NCBI GenBank assembly: GCA_045638465.1
Contig: JAZUBK010000003.1
Location: 22,455-86,454 of the forward strand
Origin: Clostridia bacterium
GTDB lineage: Bacteria > Bacillota > Clostridia > Christensenellales > UBA1242
DNA length: 64,000 nucleotides
Reading direction: 5' to 3'
In this document: positions 37,378 to 47,799 of the stretch, in pieces
Layout: every line of letters begins with the position of its first letter
Position numbering within the stretch: the first letter of the stretch is position 1
The notes under the pieces: generated by a model
Database searches by the model: none
Told to the model about the DNA's origin: nothing
What the model saw: only the letters and a program-made list of their open reading frames with translations
Made by a program: the position numbers and the translations under genes

Positions 37378-40300
37378 ATGAAAAACAAATTTCTTTCTTT
37401 TGTTTTGGGTATATGTGCAATGTTTGCACTTATCGTGCCAAAAACTACTGCAGCTTATGCAGACACAACTGAATATACTGTAAATTATTTTGATACAGAG
37501 GACACCCCACTTACACCAGAAACGGTGGCAGAGGGTGGGTATGCTACTGCACCTACACTAACAGCTGAAGATGGTTATATCATTATTTGGTATACCAATA
37601 GCTCAAGAGAAGATGCTTACAATTTTAGCAACCCTGTTAATTCTGATCTTAACCTATATGCTGGGCAGGTTGAGGCTAGTACTATTACTTTGATGAAAAG
37701 AAGTGGTAGTTATTCTACTGGCGAGACTTCTAGCGAGTATGAAATGTATGATGCTATAGACGTTATCAAAGGCGGCTATGCGACAGTTGGTAGTGGAGAA
37801 GAAATTACTGGTTATGAATTTTCACACTGGTCACTAAATCCACTAGGTTCTGCATTTAATTTTTACAATACACCTATCGCAACAAACATCGTTTTGTACC
37901 CTGTATATACTATCAAAACATTTACTGTTAGTTTTTATGCTGATGGCAACCTATATGAAAGCAAGACAGTAAATTACAACTCAACAGTTACCCCTCCAAC
38001 ATATACTTCTGCAACTCATACTGTTGTTGGCTGGAGAAAGATTGGTAGCGGAAGTGCTAATCCAGTTGACTTTGCTACAGAGCTTATTACTGAAAACGTA
38101 TCTTACGAAATAATTTTGCAACAAACATCTTATAACGTATCAGTAAATACAAACTCTAGTTACTACATTTTGCAAAACACAATTCCTGCAACCATTCCAA
38201 GTGGCGGAACATTGGTTGTAGAACTAAAACTTGTAGAAGAATTTTCTGACCATACACTTACAAATGCTGACCTAAAAATTACTGCTGATTCATACGATAG
38301 CGCTGTTATCAACTATGATGAAGACACAGATGTTTATTCTATAGCAATTTTTGGTATTGTAAGCGATTTGTCTTTTGATCTTGTTGCTTTACCAATCAAT
38401 ATGTATGATGTAGCATTGCCAAACGTTGAAGGTTTAACATTTACCGTAACAACTCCTTCTGCTGATTATACTTTAGCTAATGGCGTATATACTTTGAGCG
38501 TAGTAAAACAATTTACTTTCACAGTAGCAGTTCAAGAAGGTTACTATGCAAAGTCAATTGGCTTTAGCAACTGTTCGTATTTTTCTGGCACATATTCTCT
38601 TAACGTAAGAGCAGATGTAAATATCACATCTACAAGTGAAGTTGTAGAGTATCATATTGTAACATTTAGCGGTAATGCTAATGCAACACTTGATATTGCA
38701 ACAAATTATCTAGAAAAAGATGGCGAAAACTATTTGTACCAAGAGGGCGAAGAAGTTTCATTTACTGCAACTGCAAACGCAGGTTATTATATCAAAAATG
38801 TAACAGGAGCTACACTTTGGAACGGTAGTTATTCTGCTACAGTAAATAACGATTTGAATATTGCTTTTAACATTGTTCAATGTCATTTAGTTTCTATCAC
38901 AATTCCTACAGGTATAGAAAACGTTATTGTAACAAACTATCTATCAAGAGAACTTAACGACTATACAGTAGAAACAGGCGCTGATATCGAAATTACTTAT
39001 TCACTATCTGCAGCTTATAGCGAGAGCAATGTTACTCTAAATAGTGGTAGTTTTACAAATGTTGCTAACGTTAATAAATTCACCGTATATGATATTACAA
39101 GTGACGTAGCTATTACTTTTGAAAATGTTGTATTAAACGATTGCTCAGTTTCACTTATTAACAATGCAATGGCAACACTTTCTGCTGCTTCTACAGTAAG
39201 TTATGGTGGAACTATAGCTGTTACATTTAACCTAACAGAAGCTTATAGTGAGTCAAATATTATTTTGACCAATGTAGCTGTTTTGGGTAACCACTACAAT
39301 TATTCAATTTCTGAAAATACCATTACTATTACAATGGTTACAGGTGATATTTCTGTAGAAATAGTAGGACTAGAAAAGAACTTATATGATATAACACTTC
39401 AAACAAATACTTATGGCTCATTAGAGGCTGAAAGCCTAACTGTATATCACGGAGATAATATAATAATTAATCCTGTGTTAGATGCAAAATATAATAGAGC
39501 AGTTTTGGGAATAAACAATGTTACAATTAATGGTAATCATGTAAATAAAGTTGTTACTGATAATGTAATTACTATTGTTAATGTAAAAGGTGATCTTACA
39601 GTATCTTTGAAAGATTTAGAAGTGAATAAATACTTTGTAAGTTTACCACCAGTACAAGCTGGAAGATTTACTTTAAGTACTATTTCAAAAGACGTTGAAC
39701 ATGGTGGAAGTTTGACTTTTACCTTGACAATTAACGGTTCTTGCTCTCAAAACGCAGATACATTTATTGTATACAAAAATGGTCACACTTTTGAGGGTTC
39801 AAGAAATGGCTTAGTTATCACATACGTTGTAGAAGATGTTACAGAAGATATCACTTTAACTTGCACAAACCTAAACCTAAATGTTTATAAAGTAGACTTT
39901 ATCGATACTTCTATTAAAGTTGATGACGACGGCGTTTTAAAGAACCCAACACTTGCAGTTTCTATGGTAGAGTATGGCACAACTATCGTTCCTATTGACG
40001 GAACAAAAGATGGCTATGAATTTATTGGTTGGTATAGTGATGAAGCATTGTCTACAACTCATAACTTTGCATTGCCAATTACTGCAAATACTACTATCTA
40101 TGCAAAATACGAAATTAGAACATACGAAGTAACTTTTGTTGCTAACGGAATAACTATAGACACTGTACTAGCAGGTTACGGAGAGTCTCCTTCTGCAATT
40201 GCTCCTGCAATTCCTGCAGTAGAAGGATACACTCAAACAGATCCTTATTGGGATTTTGCAGCGGTTGGATTTAGTAGCATAGTTTATAAAGATGCAACTG

Positions 40301-41250
40301 TACATGCTGTATATACAATAAATACATATACAGTAACATTTATGTCTCCATTTAACCAAAACCCACTAAAAACTCAAGTAGTAAATCATGGTGCTGATGC
40401 AGAAGCTCCAACTAACACTACAGTTCAAGGTTATACATTTGCTTATTGGGATAATGGATTTACAAATGTAAAACAAAATATACTTGTAAGAGCTGTATAT
40501 GACATCAATATATACACAATTACATTTATAAATGGTAATACTGGTGATACAGTATATGAAAGAGAAGCTGAATATAATGCGATGGTAGAAAGACCACTAG
40601 ATAGTAGTGTTGTAAAACTAGGCTATACTGTTTATGGTTGGTACACAGACCCAGAGATGACTATTTCTTATAACTTCTATTCTAGTGTGAAAGACAACCT
40701 TACACTATATGGAGATATTGATATTACAACTTTGACTTTGAGATTTGTTGTTGATGGTAATGTTATTCATCAAGCAAAAGTTAACTTTGACACAAATTAT
40801 ACAGAACCTTTCCCAGAAATTCCTGATAAAAAGGGTCATACAACAATAGGCTGGAGCCAATCTTCTGTAGAAGGTTTGACTACTGATCTTGATGTATTTG
40901 CTGTATATGAAATCAATACTTACACAGTTACATTTAAATATTCTGATGGTACAAAAGAAACTTTGACTGTAAAATATGGCACAACAATATCTGAGCTTCC
41001 TAACAAAGGAAAAGGCTTTGGTGTGAAAGTATCTGCTAATATGAATTTGCTAAAAAATATTGATTCTGATATTACTGTAGATGTAAAAATTACAGACTTT
41101 AGTTATCTAATTTATATTGCTTGTGGAGTGGTTGCTTTAGGTCTTATTTTGACAGTGGTTATACTATCTTTAAGAGTAAAGGCAAATGGTGTAATCATCA
41201 AAGATTCTGCCAAAGAAAAAGCAACAAAAGAAGAGCAATCTGAAGAATAA
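37378..41250 (+). CDS. Surface protein (1290 aa) with InlB B-repeat (Listeria-Bacteroides repeat) modules and a C-terminal TM anchor
   Basis: Signal peptide. Repeated Y.V.F......(V/Y).YG........P...GY.F.GW modules at both ends. A central array of roughly 85-100-aa repeats, each starting N.Y.V/I. C-terminal TM segment and charged tail. No LPXTG. Confidence 0.85.
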   Translation: MKNKFLSFVLGICAMFALIVPKTTAAYADTTEYTVNYFDTEDTPLTPETVAEGGYATAPTLTAEDGYIIIWYTNSSREDAYNFSNPVNSDLNLYAGQVEASTITLMKRSGSYSTGETSSEYEMYDAIDVIKGGYATVGSGEEITGYEFSHWSLNPLGSAFNFYNTPIATNIVLYPVYTIKTFTVSFYADGNLYESKTVNYNSTVTPPTYTSATHTVVGWRKIGSGSANPVDFATELITENVSYEIILQQTSYNVSVNTNSSYYILQNTIPATIPSGGTLVVELKLVEEFSDHTLTNADLKITADSYDSAVINYDEDTDVYSIAIFGIVSDLSFDLVALPINMYDVALPNVEGLTFTVTTPSADYTLANGVYTLSVVKQFTFTVAVQEGYYAKSIGFSNCSYFSGTYSLNVRADVNITSTSEVVEYHIVTFSGNANATLDIATNYLEKDGENYLYQEGEEVSFTATANAGYYIKNVTGATLWNGSYSATVNNDLNIAFNIVQCHLVSITIPTGIENVIVTNYLSRELNDYTVETGADIEITYSLSAAYSESNVTLNSGSFTNVANVNKFTVYDITSDVAITFENVVLNDCSVSLINNAMATLSAASTVSYGGTIAVTFNLTEAYSESNIILTNVAVLGNHYNYSISENTITITMVTGDISVEIVGLEKNLYDITLQTNTYGSLEAESLTVYHGDNIIINPVLDAKYNRAVLGINNVTINGNHVNKVVTDNVITIVNVKGDLTVSLKDLEVNKYFVSLPPVQAGRFTLSTISKDVEHGGSLTFTLTINGSCSQNADTFIVYKNGHTFEGSRNGLVITYVVEDVTEDITLTCTNLNLNVYKVDFIDTSIKVDDDGVLKNPTLAVSMVEYGTTIVPIDGTKDGYEFIGWYSDEALSTTHNFALPITANTTIYAKYEIRTYEVTFVANGITIDTVLAGYGESPSAIAPAIPAVEGYTQTDPYWDFAAVGFSSIVYKDATVHAVYTINTYTVTFMSPFNQNPLKTQVVNHGADAEAPTNTTVQGYTFAYWDNGFTNVKQNILVRAVYDINIYTITFINGNTGDTVYEREAEYNAMVERPLDSSVVKLGYTVYGWYTDPEMTISYNFYSSVKDNLTLYGDIDITTLTLRFVVDGNVIHQAKVNFDTNYTEPFPEIPDKKGHTTIGWSQSSVEGLTTDLDVFAVYEINTYTVTFKYSDGTKETLTVKYGTTISELPNKGKGFGVKVSANMNLLKNIDSDITVDVKITDFSYLIYIACGVVALGLILTVVILSLRVKANGVIIKDSAKEKATKEEQSEE

Positions 41251-41253
41251 TCT

Positions 41254-41288
41254 AAAAAAGTAAAGTAAGAAATTACTTTACTTTTTTT
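41254..41288 (+). terminator. Rho-independent terminator
   Basis: Perfect 9-bp stem gtaaagtaa/ttactttac with a GAAA loop and a T7 run. Confidence 0.75.
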
Positions 41289-41327
41289 GTTATAAAAAAA
41301 TGGTTGTTTTTTTGTGTTTGTGTATGA

Positions 41328-41363
41328 ATTTGCTTGATATATTTTTTAGTTTTTTTTATAATA
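41328..41363 (+). repeat. 36-bp promoter repeat, copy 2
   Basis: Identical to 37311-37346. TTGATA at 41334-39 and TATAAT at 41357-62. Confidence 0.9.
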
Positions 41364-41419
41364 TTATATATAAAATTTATACTTGCTAGAATACTGCCTA
41401 CCGAATAAAAGGATTAAAA

Positions 41420-44400
41420 ATGGAAAGACAAAGTATTTTTAGAAAATTTACAATAATAATAGCATTTATAATGTTATCTCTTGGCTTGTTAATTACAGGT
41501 CTCGTTTTGCCTGTAAAAAGTTATGCGGATACAGAACCTGCAGATCCATCTGCTACAACCTACACAGTATCTTTTAAGGTTGCAGGTCAACTATATACTG
41601 CATACAAACTAAACAGTGGACAAACAGTAACACAGCCTACTGATGGCGACCTTTCAGGAAGGGTTTGGAATAATGCAAGTAGTGGTATACAATTTGACTT
41701 TACAAAACAAATTTCAGGAAATATTACCCTAAACCTTGTTTTGAGCAATACCGAAGCTGCTGTTGTATTTTTACAAAAAAACCCAAACTTTACTTCACCA
41801 TCAACATCTGATGAATATACAAAAAATAAGTTCTGGGGCCTAGATGTAAAAATTATAGAAAAAAATACTACCGTTGCAGAATACAATAGTGCATTAGTTC
41901 CAGAAGAGACTGGTTATAACTTTACTCACTGGGGTACTTCTGAAACATCAACTACTGGATTTAACTTTGCTAGTCCAATTTCTGGCTCAATGGTTTTATA
42001 CCCAGTATATACTCTAAAGACTTATACATTAACATTTAGACATTATGATGACGAATTAGTATACAGGACAGTTTCTCACGGACAAGTATTGGCTGATGTT
42101 CCTGAACCAAAAGCCCAACCAAACTTTATCTCAAACGGTTGGTATGAGGAGTCTGATACATCACACACACCATTTAACTTTATATATGGTACAATTACTA
42201 GCAATATGGTATTTTTACCATTGTATAGTGCGGCAGACTATGAAATAGCCTTTACAGCAAATTCTTTTGGAACATTTGGTACATACGAAAGTAATACTTT
42301 TACAGAGTTTACCACTCCACAGTATTCTGCCAATGGTGCAAACTATACATTCTATATTTCACTAAATTCTAACTATAATCAACATACTCTTGCAAAATCA
42401 AATATTGCAAGGGCAGGATCAATCGCTTCAATGTCACTAGAGGCTGTAACAGGAAAAACAGGTATTTATAAATGTACACTAATTACTGTAACAACTAGCA
42501 TCACAATTGGTCTTACTGGTATTCCAAAGAACAAATATACAATAGAGTTTAATACAACATATGCAGCCGGTATTTCAGTTCAACCACATTCTAGCTTGGT
42601 ATTAGATACAGATTACTTTATCGAAGATGGAAAATTTAAAGTAGAGTATGGCAAATACTTTTACTTTGAATTAGTAGTTGCCGATGCGTACGAATCAGAA
42701 AGCCCTGTAAACTATGATGGTGGACAATCTGCATATTTTGATTCTGGTACAGTAGAGTATAGCTCTATGTATAGCTCATATAGAGTAATAAAGACAAATG
42801 GTAATAGCAATATTGCTATCACTGTAAATACTGTAGAATGCGTAACAGCAGTATTTACTGGTGTTGACGATCTAACATTATCAGGTTTTGATAATCCAAG
42901 CTTTGCGACTGCACTAGTTGTTTGGGACGATTCTACAAAAACAGCAAGAATTAGAAAGGGTACTGCCTTTACATTCTCTGCAGCGTCAGTAGACCCAGAT
43001 AGATTCTATATTGTATCTGTTACAGGTGTAACTTTCCTTAATGGACAATATAGGTATTATTCAAATGTAAACCAAGACGTTATCTTCAATGTTGTAGAAA
43101 CAGTATTTATTACAGTTCCTGCGGCAACAACTGGTTCTCCTACTATTACTGGTACTTCAGATATTAGTGGTTCAGAGGTTACATACAACGCGTCAGATGC
43201 TTCTTGGACCTATAGAGTAACAAAAGGCGGAAAACTAAGAGTTGCTTTTGCCTTTACTACAGAATATTCTGATACAGATGTAAACATTGAGGTTCCAGGA
43301 ACTTCAGTTACAATCAATAAAGAAGACTTTGAAATAAATAGCATTGTTTCAATAGAAAATATCACAACAACTTGTATCGTTGTAATCAATCCTTTGCAAA
43401 AGAATACTTACACAATTGGTTTGATTAGTAATGATATGGCAGTTCTTGAAAATGGCGATGGCTATGCTTCTAACGTTGTAGAATACGCAGGTAATTTCTC
43501 TATCAGAATCACAAAAAGAGATGCTTATTCTATGGCAATCATCAATAAGAGCAATGTTGTAATTACTGCTGCAAAATATGCAGATTACGAAGTTGTAGAA
43601 GTTACACCACCAGGTGGCGGCGACTCTTATTACGTAATTAACATTTCTACAATCATTGGCGATTTCCAAGTAAACGTTGAAGATTTGGCAAAGAACAGTT
43701 ACGAAGTATCTATGATTGGTAACCAATATGCTACAATTACTTCTTCTTCAAATACAGCTTTGTATGCGGGTAGTTTTGTATGTATTTATACATTAGAAGA
43801 TGCTTATTCAAAAGCAACTGTTCAACCAGAAAATATAAAGATTGTTGAAACTGCTACAAGAAACGAAATTACAACATACACAGTAGAAGTAAGAGCTGCT
43901 CAAAAAACAATTACAATTACTGGTGTTATCACACCAATAGAAATAAATATTCAAGGATTAACTAAGAACACATATACTGTATCTGCAGAATATCTAGGAA
44001 CTTTTGAGGCTTTCAAATCTTCAGAAACAACTAGAAAGACTATAGACCATGGTTCTATGTTTACCTTCAATCTATCTTTTGAAGATCCATCTTATACACA
44101 ATCAATAGATGTAATTAATGTTCAATATTCAATCAATAACGGCGACTTTGCAGACCTAGAACCTACAAATAGAGATGAAACTGGTTCATTTGGAATCTTA
44201 ACTTATACTATTTATAATGTTACAGGTAATATTTCATTTAATATTCCTGCACTTCAAATTAATAGATATACAGTAATTTTCTATGATACAGACCCTCTAG
44301 ATGTTATCTACCAATACAACGCAGTTGTACACGGTAGTCCAATTCAAGAGCCTACAAGACCAACAAAAGAAGGATACCAATGTATTGGTTGGTTCTTGAC

Positions 44401-45817
44401 AGAAACTGGTTCTTCACAATTTAACAATTTTGGTTCTGGTATCACATCTGATCTTACATTGTATGCAAGATATAATGCTCAAACATTTACAGTAACATTT
44501 GATGATGATGGCGCTGATAGAATTATTACAGTAAACTATGGTAGACAATGTGTTCCTCCTACAATTACTGCAAGACCTGGTTTCTCTGCATATTGGAATT
44601 TGGAAGGACTAAACCTAAACTCAGTAAAAGAAAACCTATCAGTTAGCGCAGTGTATACAAGAAATAACTATACAGTTAGATTCTTATATTCTTCAAACCC
44701 TGCTGTTGCTGGACTATACGATAGAGTACTAGAAACTCAAACAGTTGCTTATGAGTCAAAAGCAACAAGACCACTAAATGATCCTAGAGCTCAAGGTTAT
44801 ACCTTTAACGGTTGGGATTACAACTACCTATCTGCACCAATTCTAGAAGATACAGATATTCATGCTTTGTTTACAATTAATGAATATACTGTTACTTTCC
44901 GTAACTTTACTCAAGGTGGAACTTTAGCAAGTTATAGAGTTAAATACAACACTCCTCTTACTGCTTGTGAGCCGGTAGCGGTTGAAGGTACAAGAGGTTT
45001 ATATCAATTCCCATATTACTCAGGTACAAACCTAATGGAAGGCCCTAATGCAATAGAGAGTCAACTAAGTGACGGTTTTGTTGTAGAGGGTTGGTATGCT
45101 GATGATTTGTTGTCAGTAAGATATAACTTTGATAACGCAATCAAAGAAGATACTATAATCTATGGTAGCATGTATAGAGCAAAGGTTAGTGTAAAATTCT
45201 TTGTTGATAATGAGTTTTATATTGAAAAACTAGTAGAGTATAATACAACACTTCTTGATATACCTGCTGTTCCTAGAAAAGAAGGATATGATAAGACACA
45301 ACCACAATGGACAATTTATAAACCTACAAATGGTTCTTTTGAACATGTAACAAATGATATTGAGGTAAGAGCAGATTACACAATTAACATTTATACAATT
45401 CAATTTAAATTGCCTTCTGGTGATACTTTAGTAAGACAAGTGCAACACGGTGGTACCGTAACTAACGTACCATACCCAAGCACTGACTTCGGCGAAGTAA
45501 TTGTTATGGACGAGTCTTTGATTAAATATGTAACTGCAGACACTGTAGTATATATTACTGTTATAGACTTCTTACCATTCCTTATTGTAGCTGCGGCTGC
45601 TTGTGTACTTACATTTATTGTAGTATCACTAGTTATTGCTATACGTAATATGAGAAGAGGCATCAAAAATGTTAAACGTATGGAAGAATTATTCAGCGCG
45701 ATTAAAAAGCAAGATGCAAGAATAACTCAAATGAACGAGCAAAAACTAAGAGCAGAAATCCAAGAAAAAATGAAAGAAAAAGAAAAATACAAACGTGGAA
45801 GTTTCTTGGACGACTAA
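41420..45817 (+). CDS. Surface protein (1465 aa), paralogue of the preceding gene (InlB B-repeats, central repeat array, C-terminal TM and roughly 60-aa cytoplasmic tail)
   Basis: Same architecture as 37378-41250, with many YTVTF/YTLTF...GW modules. TM segment FLPFLIVAAAACVLTFIVVSLVIAI followed by a basic coiled tail. Confidence 0.85.
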   Translation: MERQSIFRKFTIIIAFIMLSLGLLITGLVLPVKSYADTEPADPSATTYTVSFKVAGQLYTAYKLNSGQTVTQPTDGDLSGRVWNNASSGIQFDFTKQISGNITLNLVLSNTEAAVVFLQKNPNFTSPSTSDEYTKNKFWGLDVKIIEKNTTVAEYNSALVPEETGYNFTHWGTSETSTTGFNFASPISGSMVLYPVYTLKTYTLTFRHYDDELVYRTVSHGQVLADVPEPKAQPNFISNGWYEESDTSHTPFNFIYGTITSNMVFLPLYSAADYEIAFTANSFGTFGTYESNTFTEFTTPQYSANGANYTFYISLNSNYNQHTLAKSNIARAGSIASMSLEAVTGKTGIYKCTLITVTTSITIGLTGIPKNKYTIEFNTTYAAGISVQPHSSLVLDTDYFIEDGKFKVEYGKYFYFELVVADAYESESPVNYDGGQSAYFDSGTVEYSSMYSSYRVIKTNGNSNIAITVNTVECVTAVFTGVDDLTLSGFDNPSFATALVVWDDSTKTARIRKGTAFTFSAASVDPDRFYIVSVTGVTFLNGQYRYYSNVNQDVIFNVVETVFITVPAATTGSPTITGTSDISGSEVTYNASDASWTYRVTKGGKLRVAFAFTTEYSDTDVNIEVPGTSVTINKEDFEINSIVSIENITTTCIVVINPLQKNTYTIGLISNDMAVLENGDGYASNVVEYAGNFSIRITKRDAYSMAIINKSNVVITAAKYADYEVVEVTPPGGGDSYYVINISTIIGDFQVNVEDLAKNSYEVSMIGNQYATITSSSNTALYAGSFVCIYTLEDAYSKATVQPENIKIVETATRNEITTYTVEVRAAQKTITITGVITPIEINIQGLTKNTYTVSAEYLGTFEAFKSSETTRKTIDHGSMFTFNLSFEDPSYTQSIDVINVQYSINNGDFADLEPTNRDETGSFGILTYTIYNVTGNISFNIPALQINRYTVIFYDTDPLDVIYQYNAVVHGSPIQEPTRPTKEGYQCIGWFLTETGSSQFNNFGSGITSDLTLYARYNAQTFTVTFDDDGADRIITVNYGRQCVPPTITARPGFSAYWNLEGLNLNSVKENLSVSAVYTRNNYTVRFLYSSNPAVAGLYDRVLETQTVAYESKATRPLNDPRAQGYTFNGWDYNYLSAPILEDTDIHALFTINEYTVTFRNFTQGGTLASYRVKYNTPLTACEPVAVEGTRGLYQFPYYSGTNLMEGPNAIESQLSDGFVVEGWYADDLLSVRYNFDNAIKEDTIIYGSMYRAKVSVKFFVDNEFYIEKLVEYNTTLLDIPAVPRKEGYDKTQPQWTIYKPTNGSFEHVTNDIEVRADYTINIYTIQFKLPSGDTLVRQVQHGGTVTNVPYPSTDFGEVIVMDESLIKYVTADTVVYITVIDFLPFLIVAAAACVLTFIVVSLVIAIRNMRRGIKNVKRMEELFSAIKKQDARITQMNEQKLRAEIQEKMKEKEKYKRGSFLDD

Positions 45818-45825
45818 TTTATAAA

Positions 45826-45858
45826 TAAAAAACTAGCGAGATAGTCGCTAGTTTTTTT
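45826..45858 (+). terminator. Rho-independent terminator
   Basis: Stem aactagcga/tcgctagtt with a 5-nt loop and a T7 run. Confidence 0.75.
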
Positions 45859-45912
45859 ATTGTAAAAACTACTTTTCTTTTGCATTATTGGTTAGAAAGC
45901 CATTTTGTATTG

Positions 45913-45941
45913 TTGATAAATCTTTTTTGATTTGTTATAAT
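45913..45941 (+). promoter_or_regulatory. Near-consensus extended -10 promoter placed for a leaderless yigZ transcript
   Basis: TTGATA, a 17-nt spacer, then TGtTATAAT ending at 45941. The ATG at 45948 lies 7 nt downstream and has no Shine-Dalgarno sequence. Confidence 0.45.
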
Positions 45942-45947
45942 CGTAAT

Positions 45948-46568
45948 ATGAGTGAAATTTATTTGCCGATAAAAAGTGAATATCAATATGTAATCGAAAA
46001 GTCAAAGTTTATAGCCTACTCATTTGCTTTTGATGATAAATCAAAACTCCAAGATATATTAAAAGCACTAAAAAGAGAGCATCTATCTGCAACGCATATA
46101 GTTTATGCTTATAAATGTTTTGAAGAAAAAGTAGAAGATTATGTTGAAAAACCTTTGGATAAATATATGCAAAGTTACTTTGACGATGGTGAGCCATCTG
46201 GTACTGGTGGAGCACCTGTGCTAAGGGCGATAGAAGAGGCAGACCTATCCAATGTTTTAGTTGCAGTTGTAAGGTATTTTGGCGGAATTAAATTAGGAAT
46301 TCCTGGCCTTACAAAAGCATATAAACAAGCAGCTTTGGGTGTTGTAAATAACAAAACAAAGCTTACACTAAAAAGCATCTATCATCTAAAAATAACTTAT
46401 CCTGAATTAAATTATGTGCTTACCTATTGTGAAAAAAATGGTGTTATATTTGATAAAAAATTTGAAGAGTTTGCAGAGTTTGATTTTGGGACAGAAAATG
46501 TTGATGACTTTTTAAAAACATGCAAGGGAAAATGTGAAATTACTTATTTAGGTAAAAAATATTTATGA
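45948..46568 (+). CDS. yigZ: YigZ/IMPACT family protein
   Basis: EKSKFIAYSF and FDDGEPSGTGGAPVL motifs. The start at 45948 fits family N-termini. The stop overlaps the recX start (ATGA). Confidence 0.8.
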   Translation: MSEIYLPIKSEYQYVIEKSKFIAYSFAFDDKSKLQDILKALKREHLSATHIVYAYKCFEEKVEDYVEKPLDKYMQSYFDDGEPSGTGGAPVLRAIEEADLSNVLVAVVRYFGGIKLGIPGLTKAYKQAALGVVNNKTKLTLKSIYHLKITYPELNYVLTYCEKNGVIFDKKFEEFAEFDFGTENVDDFLKTCKGKCEITYLGKKYL

Positions 46569-47176
46569 TAATAACAGAAATAAAAAAACAAACAAAAAAT
46601 AATAATAGATTTAATATCTACCTAGACGGTCAATATTATTGCGGACTCAACGCCGAAACGATTGTTAAAAATGGTATAAAAACCGGTATGGATATAGAAA
46701 AAGAAACCATCGATAATTACCAACTGGAGTCAGAAAAAACAACCGCTTTAGAGAAGTTGGTAAATTATATGGGTAGTAGACTTCGTACCGAAAAACAACT
46801 TTTTGATTATCTTGCAGGAAAAGGTTATGCTAAAGTTACTTGCGATTATTGTATGGAAAAATTAAAAGAGTATAACTTTATTAATGACAAGCAATATGTT
46901 TCCGCATACGTAGAAACAAACAAAAAAAAGAAAGGCAAAAAACTGCTTGAACTAGAACTTAGACAAAAAGGCATAACTGATGATATTTTGCAAGAGAGTT
47001 TTGAAGAATATGAAAATGACGAAGAGGTTATCAAAAACATTCTTATCAAATATTTAAAAAACAAAGATCTCTCAAGAGAAACTTTCCAAAAAGCATATAG
47101 ACATCTTATGTCAAAGGGCTTTGAGAGTGGTGAGGTTTTGAGAGTAGTAAAACAACATTTTAAGGAGGATTTATGA
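46565..47176 (+). CDS. recX: Regulatory protein RecX
   Basis: About 200 aa of helical repeats with a RecX-like pattern (ALEKLVNYMGSRLRTEKQLFDYLAGKGY..). ATGA overlaps on both sides. Confidence 0.7.
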   Translation: MIITEIKKQTKNNNRFNIYLDGQYYCGLNAETIVKNGIKTGMDIEKETIDNYQLESEKTTALEKLVNYMGSRLRTEKQLFDYLAGKGYAKVTCDYCMEKLKEYNFINDKQYVSAYVETNKKKKGKKLLELELRQKGITDDILQESFEEYENDEEVIKNILIKYLKNKDLSRETFQKAYRHLMSKGFESGEVLRVVKQHFKEDL

Positions 47177-47532
47177 GAGTAGGAATAGACATAGTAGATG
47201 TGAATAGATTTGAGCGTATGAGTGGCGATGATGTTAAGTTGTCAACCTTGTTTACCGCCAAAGAAATCGCTTATTTTAGAGATTTTGCAAATCCTATTAC
47301 TCACATAGCTGGGACCTTTTCGGCCAAAGAAGCGGTCGTTAAAGCCTTCAAAACGGGTTTTACACCACAAGTTTTACCATTAGACGTTGAAATTTTGCAC
47401 GAAAACAAAGTTCCTAGGGTTAATCTAAAAGGTGGAGCAAAGAAGTTTTTTGAGGAGCAAGGTTTTACAAAAATTGAAATTAGTATTTCTCATACAAACA
47501 CTATTGCAGAGGCAATTTGTATTATTGAATAA
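47173..47532 (+). CDS. acpS: Holo-[acyl-carrier-protein] synthase
   Basis: MRVGIDIVDV.RF, FSAKEAVVKA and ISISHT. Confidence 0.9.
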   Translation: MRVGIDIVDVNRFERMSGDDVKLSTLFTAKEIAYFRDFANPITHIAGTFSAKEAVVKAFKTGFTPQVLPLDVEILHENKVPRVNLKGGAKKFFEEQGFTKIEISISHTNTIAEAICIIE

Positions 47533-47556
47533 TTTTTTTGAATATGCGCAAATTAT

Positions 47557-47584
47557 AAGTAGAGCAAGGGCTCTACTTTTTTTG
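47557..47584 (+). terminator. Rho-independent terminator
   Basis: Stem aagtagagc/gctctactt with a 4-nt loop and a T-run. Confidence 0.7.
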
Positions 47585-47611
47585 TTTATATTTATAAATA
47601 GGGGAAATAAT

Positions 47612-47791
47612 ATGAAAAAGCAAAAACTAATTGGTGTTAACAATTTTTGTGACCATACACATAATATAAATAAAGGGAAATTTGTGTATTCGTCTAAGAT
47701 GTATCACAATATTTGTAGATCGCTAAATAATGATTTTTTACCAGCAGAAAATTGTGATAGCAAAATGTACGAAAAATATTTAAACATATAA
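47612..47791 (+). CDS. 59-aa protein in the antitoxin position upstream of mazF; no recognisable RHH/AbrB-type sequence
   Basis: ATG at 47612 with a GGGGAA RBS. Ends 8 nt before the mazF ATG. Contains Cys/His residues (C13, H15, H17, C35, C48). Confidence 0.5.
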   Translation: MKKQKLIGVNNFCDHTHNINKGKFVYSSKMYHNICRSLNNDFLPAENCDSKMYEKYLNI

Positions 47792-47799
47792 GGAGCAAA

